Positions 44,566 to 64,000 of a stretch of 64,000 bases of DNA are shown here, piece by piece. This stretch comes from the human T2T-CHM13v2.0 reference genome, Homo sapiens, in the NCBI RefSeq assembly GCF_009914755.1, contig NC_060946.1; one strand, given 5' to 3'. Position 1 is the first letter of the stretch. Each line of letters begins with the position of its first letter. Below the pieces are notes generated by a model that had not been told where the DNA came from, ran no database searches, and was given only the letters and a program-made list of their open reading frames with translations. Made by a program: the position numbers and the translations under genes.

Positions 44566-46713
44566 GTGAGGGGGCTAGGCTGGCACTGGGTGGCGCCCAC
44601 CCACACTCTGGCCAAGCTGTTCCTGCCAGGCCCAAGGTGACAAATGGGAGGCAGCGTCTGTCTGACCCTGACTGCCCATACCCAAGGGGCCATCAAGCTG
44701 AGGTCCAGCCAGGGAGCAGGGCCTTCCATGGCAGGGGCAGGCACACGGCCTCCTGGAGATGGCGAGGGGCATGAGAACTCAGCTTGGTGAGGACAAGGTC
44801 AGGCCTGGTTGCAGGGAGCGGGAGGATAAGCTCCAGTCCAGGGTGTTGTGGAGCAGAGGTGGAGGGGCATCTGTGGGCACTGCTGGGGAGGAGCATGGGG
44901 TCACTACCGAGCTGAAGGCGGCTGGCAGGAGGAGCCTGGGTGCGGTGGGATGGACTCTGCCCCAGCCAGTGACAGCAGCCTGTCCCCACCACCCCTTCCC
45001 CACAGAGATATGCCAAGACCCAGGCCCAGGAGCCTCAGCAGTGGCAGCCCCATGCTGAACCTGGGCGTCCTGGTTGGAAACGAGGTGATTCTGTTGGTGC
45101 TGGCGTTGCCCTGGCTCCTGGCATGAGTGTGGGATGCTGGCCATTCACAGACCCTGCTGCTAGTTGAAGAGGCTGCAGCTGCTGCAAGGCCCCGTTAGGA
45201 GGTGGCTGCAGTGACACACGCAGGGGTGTGGTGGCCAGACCTGGGGGAAGGGGGAGGCCAGAACACAGGCAGCTTTTGAAGGATGAGCCAGCTGGTTTGC
45301 CGACGCTTTGGATACAGGGGTGGGGGGCAGTCAGGGTGATCTTGGGTCCTTGGCCTGAACCCTGGAGTGAATGTATTTCTCCACTTAGCAGACATTAGGT
45401 GCCCTCGACATGCCAGGTGCTGCTCAGACATGGAGGTTTCAGCTGGGAAGTGAACAGACACGGCTCTGGTTCTCATGGGGCTGGGAAAGCAAGGCAGATA
45501 CTGTGGCTGCTTCCAGCTCTTTTAGAAAGGGGGTGGTCAGGGAGCAGCTTTGCTGATGCAGAAAGAGTGAGGGGAGGAAAGGAAAGGAGGGTGAAGAAGC
45601 AGCAGCTGGAGGGCGGTGCACCCCGGGTGGGGCCTGCCTCCTGACCTGCCAGAGGAACCCTCCACTGCGATGGAGGGAGTGGCCCACAGGGAAGCCTGGG
45701 GAGATGGAGGTGGGAGTGGAGGGGGCAGATGCTGGATGCGATTTGAAGGAAGGGCAGGAAGGGTTTGCTTAGGGTTAGAGGAGGAGCATGAGGAGGGCCA
45801 GAGAGGCTGCAGAGCGTTTGGTGTGAGCAGCTGGAAGGGCAGGATGCTGAGGTATAGGCGAGGAGGAGGCAGAGCTTCCTATGGGCTCCTTGGGGAGGGA
45901 TCAGCTGAGCTCAGGGCCAGCTAACCCATCTCCTGGGGCATAGGAAGCAAGTGGGCACCTCTTACAGAGACAGGAAGTGAGGCGAGGCACACTGCGGGCA
46001 GCGGGATCCCGGCTCTGCCTGTCTGAGGGGAGATGAGATGTCCAAGGGCAGCTGGAGGCCAGGGGCAGGGCTAGGCTAGGGCTGCTGTCCTGGGGAGTGG
46101 GTAGACTTAGGAGAGGGAAGCCTGGGCCCCACAGCCAGAGCAGCATGGAATAAGGAAGAACAGACAAGGGAGGCTTGGTGGAACTGCCAGCAAGGCAGGG
46201 GAGGGCCGGGCCCGGGGCAGTGCATCGATGTGGATGCCTGCTCTGGAGCCAGGCTGGCCAGAGGCAGGGCCCGACTGCCCCTTGGCTAAAATCACTCTGC
46301 CAGTCTGGGCCCCCTTGGTATAACATGGCACAGCAGACACACCTGGTGTGTGGGGAGGATTAGATGAGAAGTGAACATGGAACCTTCGGCATAGTGTGAC
46401 ACCCTTTATCAGCCCTCAGTGCACCTGTCACAGACATGTCTTTGAGCATGAGGTCCACCATCACCCCTATTTCACAGCCCAGGAGCCAGGCACTGAGAGG
46501 CTCAGGACAGCACCCGGATGCTTTTCTGCTCAAGGCAGTGCCTTCCTGGGGGCCTGCCTTGGGTCCATGGCCACCTGAGGAACAGCCAGGACTGCTCCTA
46601 TGGCCACAGAGCTGTGCCTGCTGAGGCAGGGCAAGCTGTCCCTCCCTGGCTGGGGCAAGTGGAACCTGGGCTCATGTCTGGCAGATGCTCACATCCTATG
46701 GGTCTGGTCTCAG

Positions 46714-46834
46714 GTGAGCCACCACCCCCCCTCAGCTGCGCACTACGTGTTCTCCAAGCATGGCTGGAGCCTCTGGCAGGAGATCACCATCTCCAGCAAG
46801 TTCCGGGGAAAATACATCTCCATCATGCCGCTAG
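46714..46834 (+). CDS. OSBP2: OSBP2 ORD exon (VSHHPPSAAHYVFSKHGWSLWQEITISSKFRGKYISIMPLG)
   Basis: Completes the EQ|VSHHPP OSBP fingerprint; tctcag|GTG acceptor, CTAG|gtgagc donor. Confidence 0.97.
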
Positions 46835-47054
46835 GTGAGCTGGGGCCCGGTGCCTTCCTGGGACACAGAGACATTGTGCATAAGAGGGAGGATTCTGGTG
46901 ATGCAAAAGCCAGCTGGGGGCTTCCAAGGGAGACCTCCCTGTAGGCCTGCCTCTTCAACCCCCCAGCCTAGTTCTCAAGACACCAGGCCTAAGGGCAGAC
47001 TGGCCAGAGCCCTGCATGGGGGGGCATGACCTCTGACCTGTCCCCTGCCTCCAG

Positions 47055-47158
47055 GTGCCATCCACTTAGAATTCCAGGCCAGTGGGAATCACTACGTGTG
47101 GAGGAAGAGCACCTCAACTGTTCACAACATCATCGTGGGCAAGCTCTGGATCGACCAG
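47055..47158 (+). CDS. OSBP2: OSBP2 ORD exon (AIHLEFQASGNHYVWRKSTSTVHNIIVGKLWIDQ)
   Basis: cctccag|GT acceptor, CAG|gtcagg donor; VHNIIVGKLWIDQ conserved with OSBP. Confidence 0.96.
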
Positions 47159-47229
47159 GTCAGGGGCGCCCTTGGGGAGGGGGTGCATGGCCCGGGGGCT
47201 GGCCGCTGACCACTGCCCTCCTTCGCCAG

Positions 47230-47325
47230 TCAGGGGACATCGAGATTGTGAACCATAAGACCAATGACCGGTGCCAGCTGAAGTTCCTGCCCTACAGCTA
47301 CTTCTCCAAAGAGGCAGCCCGGAAG
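47230..47325 (+). CDS. OSBP2: OSBP2 ORD exon (SGDIEIVNHKTNDRCQLKFLPYSYFSKEAARK)
   Basis: cttcgccag|TCA acceptor, AAG|gtaagc donor. Confidence 0.96.
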
Positions 47326-47408
47326 GTAAGCAGGACCAGCCACCTCTAAGCACCCCAGGGGGCCCAGGGCAGAGTCTGCACCTACGCTGGTCCTGCCAAT
47401 GTCCACAG

Positions 47409-47593
47409 GTGACAGGAGTGGTGAGTGACAGCCAGGGCAAGGCCCATTACGTGCTGTCCGGCTCGTGGGATGAACAAATGGAGTGCTCCAAGGTCATGCA
47501 TAGCAGTCCCAGCAGCCCCAGCTCTGACGGGAAGCAGAAGACAGTGTACCAGACCCTGTCAGCCAAGCTGCTGTGGAAGAAGTACCCGCTGCC
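47409..47593 (+). CDS. OSBP2: OSBP2 ORD exon (VTGVVSDSQGKAHYVLSGSWDEQMECSKVMHSSPSSPSS...LLWKKYPLP), includes the Ser/Pro-rich SSPSSPS motif
   Basis: gtccacag|GTG acceptor, CC|gtgagt donor; SSPSSPS starts at 47502. Confidence 0.96.
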
Positions 47594-49247
47594 GTGAGTA
47601 GGGCTGGCAGGGGCCCCGCCACAGGCAAAGGAGAGGGAAGGAGGACAGTGGACAGAAAGCAACTGACAGGCACAGGAGGTCGGGAGGGTTCAGTCCACAC
47701 ATGGGCAGAGAACAGTATTATGCAGCCGACATCCCAGTGTGAAGGCAGACACCGAACAGTAAATAAATGTGAAACTATCAAACACTATGCACAGACTTTA
47801 AGCGAGGTGATAGGACAGAGCCCCTCCCTGTTCCTCCCTACAAGAAATAAAAAACATACTTGAAAATAACCACAGGAAATAGAAAACTATAAAATGTGGC
47901 ATAGGAAAGTCCAAAGAGAACAAATAGAAATTCGACAAAGGGAAAAAAAAATGACTGACATTGAGAACCCTGTGGAATGGTTTAGTAGCTAGAATCTATC
48001 ACCTGAACACAGGTCAGAAGAAGTGACAGAACTGCATTTAAAGAGACAAAACCCAGAAAAGACAGGAAGCTACAGGGAGAAGACAGAGTGAGGTCCCTGG
48101 AGCAGGCTCCCTGGCCTCTCCTGGGAGCGAGTTTGAGTGCAGTCTCCCGTCAGACCTCCTGCAATGGAATCTGCATTTCTGTAAGCTTGCTCAGCAAGAT
48201 TGAGAGCAGGGTTTGGCATTTCTAGCGAGAGTCCCAAAAGGGAAGAGGGACTGTACCTGAAGATAAAAATAACAAAGAAATTCCTGCACCTAAATCTATG
48301 CAGTGAAACTAAATCAGAGAGAAACTATTAAGCAGCCAGATTTTAAAAAGACATCACTTTCCGAGGAGCTGTCCCCTTATCAACAGAAATGGGAGCTTGA
48401 AGACAGTCAAATGATATCTTCCGTGAGTTGAAAGATGCACTGCCAGCCTAGAATTATACACCCAGGGAGACCATCTTTAAAGAATGAAGGTGAAATCAAG
48501 GCATTTTCAGGCAAACAAAAAGCTTACTTTGGCACCAGCAGACCTGCACAAAAGGATATACCTCAGGCAGGAGGAAACTGACCCCAGAGGGAAGATCTGA
48601 GAATAACGGATACTGTGCACCTAAATTAAAGCTGAATAAACAAGAATAACGTGGGGTACAACATTTTAGAATGTGGCTGCACAGTACGAAGAGGAATGAA
48701 GGGAGGGAAACTGCTCAAAGGCCCCCCCGCCATGCTGCCCTGGAAGAGGATCAAGATGCACATTCGCTTCTGAGTGTATGAAGTATGTTTATTGCGATTC
48801 CTAGGGTAACCGCTAAAATAACCCATTTAGCTGGAATCCCAGAAGGAAAGAAGAAGAAGAAGAAAAAAAACAAAGAGGGAGATAAAATGAAGATAAATTT
48901 CCCAAAGTAAAAGCAAAGAGATGAAAGACCCTGTACTGAAAGGGCCTATAGCGTGCTGAAGACAAGAAATAAAGAAAAATGTTCATCTAGATCATGCTAT
49001 AGTCAAAATGAAGACCGAAGAAAAAATTCTAATAGCTTCCAGGGAGGAGCAAAAGATTTTAGTCAAGGATAAAGAATTAGACATCAGATTTTTCAATAAC
49101 CAACATTGGATTAATATTTTCTAAGTTACAAAATTAGAAAGTAGAATTTTCTATCTAGTCAAACTGACATTCACATATGGGGCCATATCCTTAGGCACGC
49201 AGCCTCGGAAGTTTTGCCACACAAAAACCCACAATGAAAACAGTATT

Positions 49248-55546
<6,299 letters not shown>

Positions 55547-55727
55547 TTATGCATGAGACTATTCCAATAACAAAAACTTGGAAACAACACAAATTTATTG
55601 AATGAATAACTGTGGTACATTCGCATGAAGGAATATATACAGTAGCTAAAACTAAACCCCAGTAACATGAAGCAACGTAGGTAAATCTTAGCAATATAAG
55701 AAAAACAAAAAAACAAAAAAAAAAAAA

Positions 55728-58168
<2,441 letters not shown>

Positions 58169-58428
58169 AAATATATATATATATATATACACATTAGGAA
58201 AGATGGACTAACTACAACCCAAGTAGAGAAAGTATGAACAAGGCCTGCTGGACAGTTATACAACCTTGCACTCAACAACTGTTCTCTTCAATCACATGGA
58301 ACGTGTGCAAAAACTGCCCATATACTGGGCCATAAAGCAAATTTCAAAGGACTGAAATTATGCCAAGTATATTGTCTGACTCCAAGGCAATTATACTAGA
58401 AAAAAATGACTAGAAAAATCCCCATATG

Positions 58429-59100
58429 GGCTGGGCACGGTAGCTGATGCCTGTAATCCCAACACTCTGGAAGGCCAAGATAGGCAGACCAATTGAGGTC
58501 AGGGGTTCAATACCAGCCTGGCCAACATGACAAAACCCCATCTCTACTAAAAATACAATAAAATTAGCTGGGTGTGGGGGCATGCCCTGAAATCCCAGCT
58601 ACTCAGGAGGCTAAGGCAGGAGAGTTGCTTGAACCCAGGAGGCGGAGGTTGCAGTGAGCGAAGCATCAGGCCACTTCACTCCAGCCTGGGCCACAGAGCG
58701 AGACCCGTCTTTTTTTTTTTTTTTTTTTTTAGACGGAGCCTCGAACTGTCGCCCAGGCTGGAGTGCAATGGTGTGATCTCGGCTCACCACAACCTCGGCC
58801 TCCTGGGGTTCAAGCAATTCTCCCACCTCAGCCTCCTGAGTAGATTACCTGGGATTACAGGTGCCTGCCACCATGCCCAGCTAATTTTTAGTAGAAACGG
58901 GCTTTCACTATGTTGGCCAGGCTGGTCTCGAACTCCTGACCTCGTGATCCACCGGCCTCAGCCTCCCAAAGCGCTGGGATTACAGGCGTGAGCCACCGTG
59001 CCCAGCGGAGACCCTGTCTTAAAAAAGCCAGGCACTCCAGCCTGGGCAACAAGAGTGAAACTGTCTCAAAAAAGAAGAAGAAAAAAAAACATAATAGAAA
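58429..59100. mobile_element. Sense Alu (58429-58710) with an antisense Alu (58709-59006) inserted at its 3' end, followed by Alu tail remnants
   Basis: gagaccc(t)gtctt duplicated on both sides of the antisense Alu. Confidence 0.85.
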
Positions 59101-59404
59101 AGAAGAAAAGCCAAGAAATATTAAGCTAGGCAATTCCCAGATAAGTCTAATGTGGCAAAACAGCGGCAGGTTGGCCATGTGAGCATGGGAGGTGTGGGGA
59201 GCAGAAGGCAGCTGTTTGCAGCCACTGGGTTCCGCCGGGTGGGCTCACTGGGGTGGGCCCAAGGCCAGAGGGAGTCCTGGACGCGGGGAGCTGGAGGGTG
59301 AGGCGACCCGGGAGGGGAGACACCGCCAGGCAGGGGAGGGCGGCCGGGTAGGTGTGGTCCGGCTCACACCGCAGCCACCGCCACCGCCACCACCACCGCC
59401 ACAG

Positions 59405-59637
59405 GGAGAACGCGGAGAACATGTACTACTTCTCAGAGCTGGCCCTGACCCTCAACGAGCACGAGGAGGGCGTAGCGCCAACCGACAGCCGCCTGCGGCC
59501 CGACCAGCGGCTGATGGAGAAGGGCCGTTGGGACGAGGCCAATACCGAGAAGCAGCGGCTGGAGGAGAAGCAGCGCCTGTCGCGGCGCCGGCGGCTGGAG
59601 GCCTGCGGGCCGGGCAGCAGCTGCAGCTCGGAGGAAG
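59405..59637 (+). CDS. OSBP2: OSBP2 penultimate exon ([18 protein letters not shown]...[15 protein letters not shown]...[10 protein letters not shown])
   Basis: ccacag|G acceptor, GAAG|gtgagg donor; PTDSRLRPD and [12 protein letters not shown] motifs. Confidence 0.96.
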
Positions 59638-59764
59638 GTGAGGCCGGGCGGGAAGGGCGCCCCGGAGGGGAGGAAAGGGGTGCCCGGGTGGGGGTGCCGC
59701 AGGGAGGGATTCCGGGGGAGCAGGCCACAAGCCCACCCACCAGCCCACTGTGCCTGCCCAGCAG

Positions 59765-59907
59765 AGAAGGAGGCGGATGCCTACACGCCACTGTGGTTTG
59801 AGAAGAGGCTGGACCCGCTGACCGGGGAGATGGCCTGTGTGTACAAGGGCGGCTACTGGGAGGCCAAGGAGAAGCAAGACTGGCATATGTGCCCCAACAT
59901 CTTCTGA
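59765..59907 (+). CDS. OSBP2: OSBP2 last coding exon ([47 protein letters not shown])
   Basis: cccag|cag|AG tandem acceptor; TGA at 59905-59907; C-terminus typical of OSBP/ORP4. Confidence 0.95.
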
Positions 59908-61390
59908 GCGCCACCCTTGCAACAAATACAGGCGCCTGCACAGCCTGGCCCACCTGTTCATTAATGCACTCAATTTAGTACTGAATGGTCTTTCTCCCAG
60001 CCCATTCCCAGCCCTTCCTATTTCCTTTCCTATTTTTTTTTTCTCCCCACACTTTCTTGGGACTCCCACCTTGGAAGGAGGAAGGGCTGACCTGGGTTCT
60101 CTCCAGCCCCCAGGTGCGCCGGGTCACCCGTGCCCCTTCATTATGGACCTGGGCCCTACCGGAACCCCTGCCCCAGTTACCACAACTCAGGCCGGCTGGC
60201 CCGGGCCATGGGCTGCGCAAATCACCAGCCCCCAACCCAGGGAGGAACTGGCCCCTCCTAGGGAGCCTCTTCGACTTTTTTAGAAAAATGATCTCCATTT
60301 CTTTCCAGCCATGATGTTTAGTAAATATTTTTAGTACCGCACTTAGCAGACAGCTTTCCAAGTGTGCTTTCTTGCCACAAAAGTGTCCTGGCAAGAGCCC
60401 CTTATTTTTAAGACATCAGGAAGCCAGACCGCTTTGAGTTGGGAGAATTTTGTAGCTCAACATATCAAGTCCTCGATGGTATCTGAGCTGCCCACACCCC
60501 CACCTGCCAAGGCCCCACAGAGCCCAAAACAGAAGGGGGCTGCCCCAGCCCAGCAGAGCACAGAGTTTCTGGAGCTCCCATCCACAGATGCAGGAGGGGG
60601 TACTGATGGTAACCCCCATGTGGATTTGAGGGCAGCAGTCCCTGGCCTCACCCTAGCCAGCCTGGGTGGCTCCCTAGCCCCAAGAGGCCAGGAAGGGCTG
60701 GAAGGCAGGGCCTGCAGGTGCTCCCCGCCCTGAGACCCAGGCCCCAAATCAGCAATAATGAACAAACCCTTGGCCCAGCCTGGGCTGGTGACCTGGGCAC
60801 CAGAGACCTTGCATCCCTCCTCATCCTAGGAGGCCCCTAGGGGTGCCCCATCTCAGTGTCCCCTGAACTCTTTATTTGCCTAATTTATATATATATATAT
60901 GAGATATATAAATATATATAAAATAGCTATTTTGCTTAAATTTCTACAGTATGTAAAAGTGAAAAAATGATGAAGACGGGTGCACCTGTCTGAGTTTGGC
61001 CCTCATGTGAGCTGTGCCCTTCCCTCTCCTCATGCCCCCTTCCAGCGGCTTCTGCCAACCATGGGGGGCTGGACCACCATGGCCACTGACCCAGCCCCTC
61101 AGAATCCCACACTCCAATCCTTTCCATTTCAGTTTAGTCCTAAAAGTTCATCACAGGGTCTTTCTTTCTACTCCAGGACTGGTTTTGTTTTTATATATAT
61201 AAAAAAAAAAAGTGAAAACACCAATGTGTGAAATGCCTTACAATGCCCACTGGAGAGGCGGGGCGGGGTGGGGCAGGATGGCCCCACTAGGGCTCCTACA
61301 GAGCTGTGGAATGTACCTCTCCCCAACACTGTTTTGTTAGCGAGCACCTTTTGACCAGTAATAAAAAACCTTGGCTTTGGAGTTTTCCAC
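59908..61390 (+). other. OSBP2: OSBP2 3'UTR (~1.48 kb; end approximate)
   Basis: Free of interspersed repeats from the stop codon to the canonical polyA signal; TGTA upstream and GT/T-rich sequence downstream. Confidence 0.8.
61360..61365 (+). terminator. Polyadenylation signal AATAAA of OSBP2
   Basis: ccagtAATAAAaaacc, first canonical hexamer I find after the stop codon. Confidence 0.8.
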
Positions 61391-62415
61391 TGCCCTGTCC
61401 CTCAGTCTCTGTGTATCTGGGTGGAGGGGACTAATGTAGAAGGACAGGTGATAGCCTACAAGGTGGCATGGGGGTAGAGCATGGGGTGAAACAGCAGGGG
61501 GGTCAGGGGAACAGAGGAGGTAGGAGACCCAGGAAACTGCCCAAAGGGCTGGGGAGAGGGTCGCAGCTCTGCCAAAGGCTGCCCTGATGCTGCGGCCACA
61601 GGGCTGGCCTGGACCTAGCTCTGCTCTTTGGAAGGGCAGTGCTTTAGCCAGGTGGAGACCACCAGCAGCCCCCTCCCGTGTTTCAGTTCCTGGAGCTGTC
61701 TAGTGGGAGGCCTCCAGGGGGAAGGCCAGTCCTGGTGAGTTCCATATCACTTGACAGCAGCAGCCTGGGCTGCACTTCCAGATGAGGGATGGGTAGAGCA
61801 GGGCACCCCAGGGGCATCAGGGCCAGCGCTCTCACCATCTGCCTCCAACCCCAGCCCTGTGGGATCTGGGGCTGGCCCTGCACAGCTCCTTCCCTGGCTA
61901 GGCTTCCCCATCTGTGGGGAGGTGGCCGCTGGCGGGGGGTCCCGGCTGAGGAGCTGGTGGGGCAGGTCTCACTGGAATAGAGGTGAGGCGGAACTTCAGG
62001 ATGCACCTGACCCAGAGGGCAAGGGAGGGGACAAAGGCCAGTCTACTGAGGCAAAGAGAGGGCTCTGAAGAGCTTGAACAGAAATTGACATCAGGGCAAT
62101 GTTTTAGAAAGACCACTCTGACCAGCAGGACACAAGATCAACCTACACTCAGTGGTCTCACATACACCAGCCATCACTGAATAGAAAATGTAATAGAAAA
62201 AAAGATCTACGACATAGGCCATCTGACAAAAAGACACAAAACCACAAGGTGAAAGACCTTTATGGACATGACAGAGAGGACCTGAGTTAAGAGGGAAAAT
62301 ACATCTTCATAGCTAGGTTCACATTCAGTTATGTTAGTCCCAAACCTACAAATTCAACATGATCCCTATTAAAATCCTACCAATATAGTTCAAAAGCTTG
62401 ACAAGTTGATTGTGA

Positions 62416-62706
<291 letters not shown>

Positions 62707-64000
62707 AAGAACTCAGGGGACGATGAGGGGACTATGTGGACTTGACCTGCAGATGCCCAAACAAGCTGGAAGCCTCCTGGGGACACACAGCTTCCTTTTT
62801 CTCCACTGCTCTCTGATCACCATCTGGCTGCCATGCAGTGTATTTGTTGATGGTCTGCCCTCCCTACCCCAATGGACTGAGCTTCATGAGACTGTGAGCT
62901 TCATGATCTTATACGTTGTAGCATCCCACTGCCTGGCACATAGTCAGTGCTCAATGAATAGCTGTCGAAAGAATCAACACCAGGCCAGGAAGACCAGCTA
63001 AAGCAAACGCTCAGTGGGACAACACCTGAGCAGTGGGGGGCGTGACTGCAGTACCAAGTTGGGAGGAGACTCAGAAATGGAACTGGTGAAGAGCTGAGCC
63101 CAGGGACCCAGGAAACTCCTGCCTCCCCCAAACTCTAGAGTTCAAATTGCTGCTCCTGACAGACTGTGGGGTAGGAGTCAGATTCTGTAAGTGGGGAAGA
63201 GAAGGCCTGAGGTTCTCTCATCTCCAGGGACATGGCTCAGCATGAAGGGAGTTGGGAGGAGAGGACAACGGAGAGACACATTTCAAAGTGGAACAGAGAA
63301 CAGGACAAGAGACAAACTCAATGCTATTTAAGTTATTGTTTTTATGAAGCTAGCCAGCATGCATAACTTCAGCAACAAAGCCTAATAAAGACAGTGTGAA
63401 AATAAAGGGAATATATAGTTCGGTCTCATGGAAGAAAAGAATTTTCATAAATCCAAACAAGAGAACAGCAAATAGAATCTAGCCACATAGAAAAGACTGA
63501 ACCCCAAGTTGGTAAGCCCATGCCCAAATTAGGTTTACTGCAGAAATGCAAGAATGAAAATGGCTCAATGTTGTGAAGCTTTCCATGGTAAATCATTCAT
63601 TACATCAGCCAGTCGAAGGATTTCTTCTTCTGGCAATATGGTAAACTAGGTTCCCAGAAAATACTCCTTTGTGGAAAACTAGACAGGTTGGATAAAATTT
63701 TTTAAATGTTAAATGCATCTATCAACTGGAAACAATATGAGGAATACTCAAGCCAAAAACTAAGTGGGTATGAAAACCTGGAGAGGTAAGAAAAGGTCTG
63801 AAATATTTTATGTTGCAATTATTTACAAAGCCCAATGAGCTTAACTGTAAGTTTTCACTGCCTCAAAAGAGCCTCCAAAGGTAGGGCATATAATAGGAAA
63901 TTTGGGGCCCCCAAGGGCTATACCTTCAATGTAATGGTGAATCCAAAATAAAATACAAGAAAAATCACTTGTCTTAAAGGTTGGTCCTGAGCAGAGAAAA

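Larger units (their letters stand above)
59270..59940. other. 3'-terminal CpG-rich, GC-rich island over the last two exons
   Basis: Visibly dense CpG compared with the rest of the window (not computed). Confidence 0.7.

Noticed and set aside
47762-47851. AATAAA hexamers just after exon 47409-47593 as an intronic polyA site
   Set aside because: They lie in A-rich L1-derived sequence where the hexamer is common, with no clear downstream GU-rich element.
59963-59969. AATGCAC as a miR-33 (sterol-regulated) site in the 3'UTR
   Set aside because: Only a 6-mer seed match, expected by chance.

Overview
Human genomic DNA; a human-specific AluYb8 insertion is present. The window holds the 3' two-thirds of OSBP2 (ORP4, oxysterol-binding protein 2) on the + strand. 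Twelve coding exons were reconstructed from GT-AG junctions (24039-59907). They encode the coiled-coil region, the FFAT motif EYFDAME and the complete ORD lipid-binding domain with the EQVSHHPP signature. A ~1.5 kb 3'UTR follows, ending near AATAAA at 61360. The PH-domain exons lie upstream of the window. Introns contain about 35 Alus, old fragmented L1 (antisense at 1-8 kb, sense at 47.7-58.4 kb), solo LTRs (THE1/MST, MLT1, MER4, MER41A), a Tigger3a, and a sense-oriented processed EIF4H pseudogene. Almost all ORFs in the supplied track are Alu, L1 or GC-rich noise. I found no new multi-gene system. The most interesting unexplained structure is a ~175-bp non-Alu inverted repeat (22055-23019) whose mismatches lean toward G-U pairs in the OSBP2 pre-mRNA. 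Also notable are several frame-compatible alternative-splicing options: a candidate PH-less first exon, a 72-nt cassette exon, a stop-free in-frame intron, a T-less 3' splice site and two NAGNAG acceptors. There is also a zero-spacer inverted Alu pair. Repeat boundaries are approximate and family names come from recall of consensus sequences, not a search.
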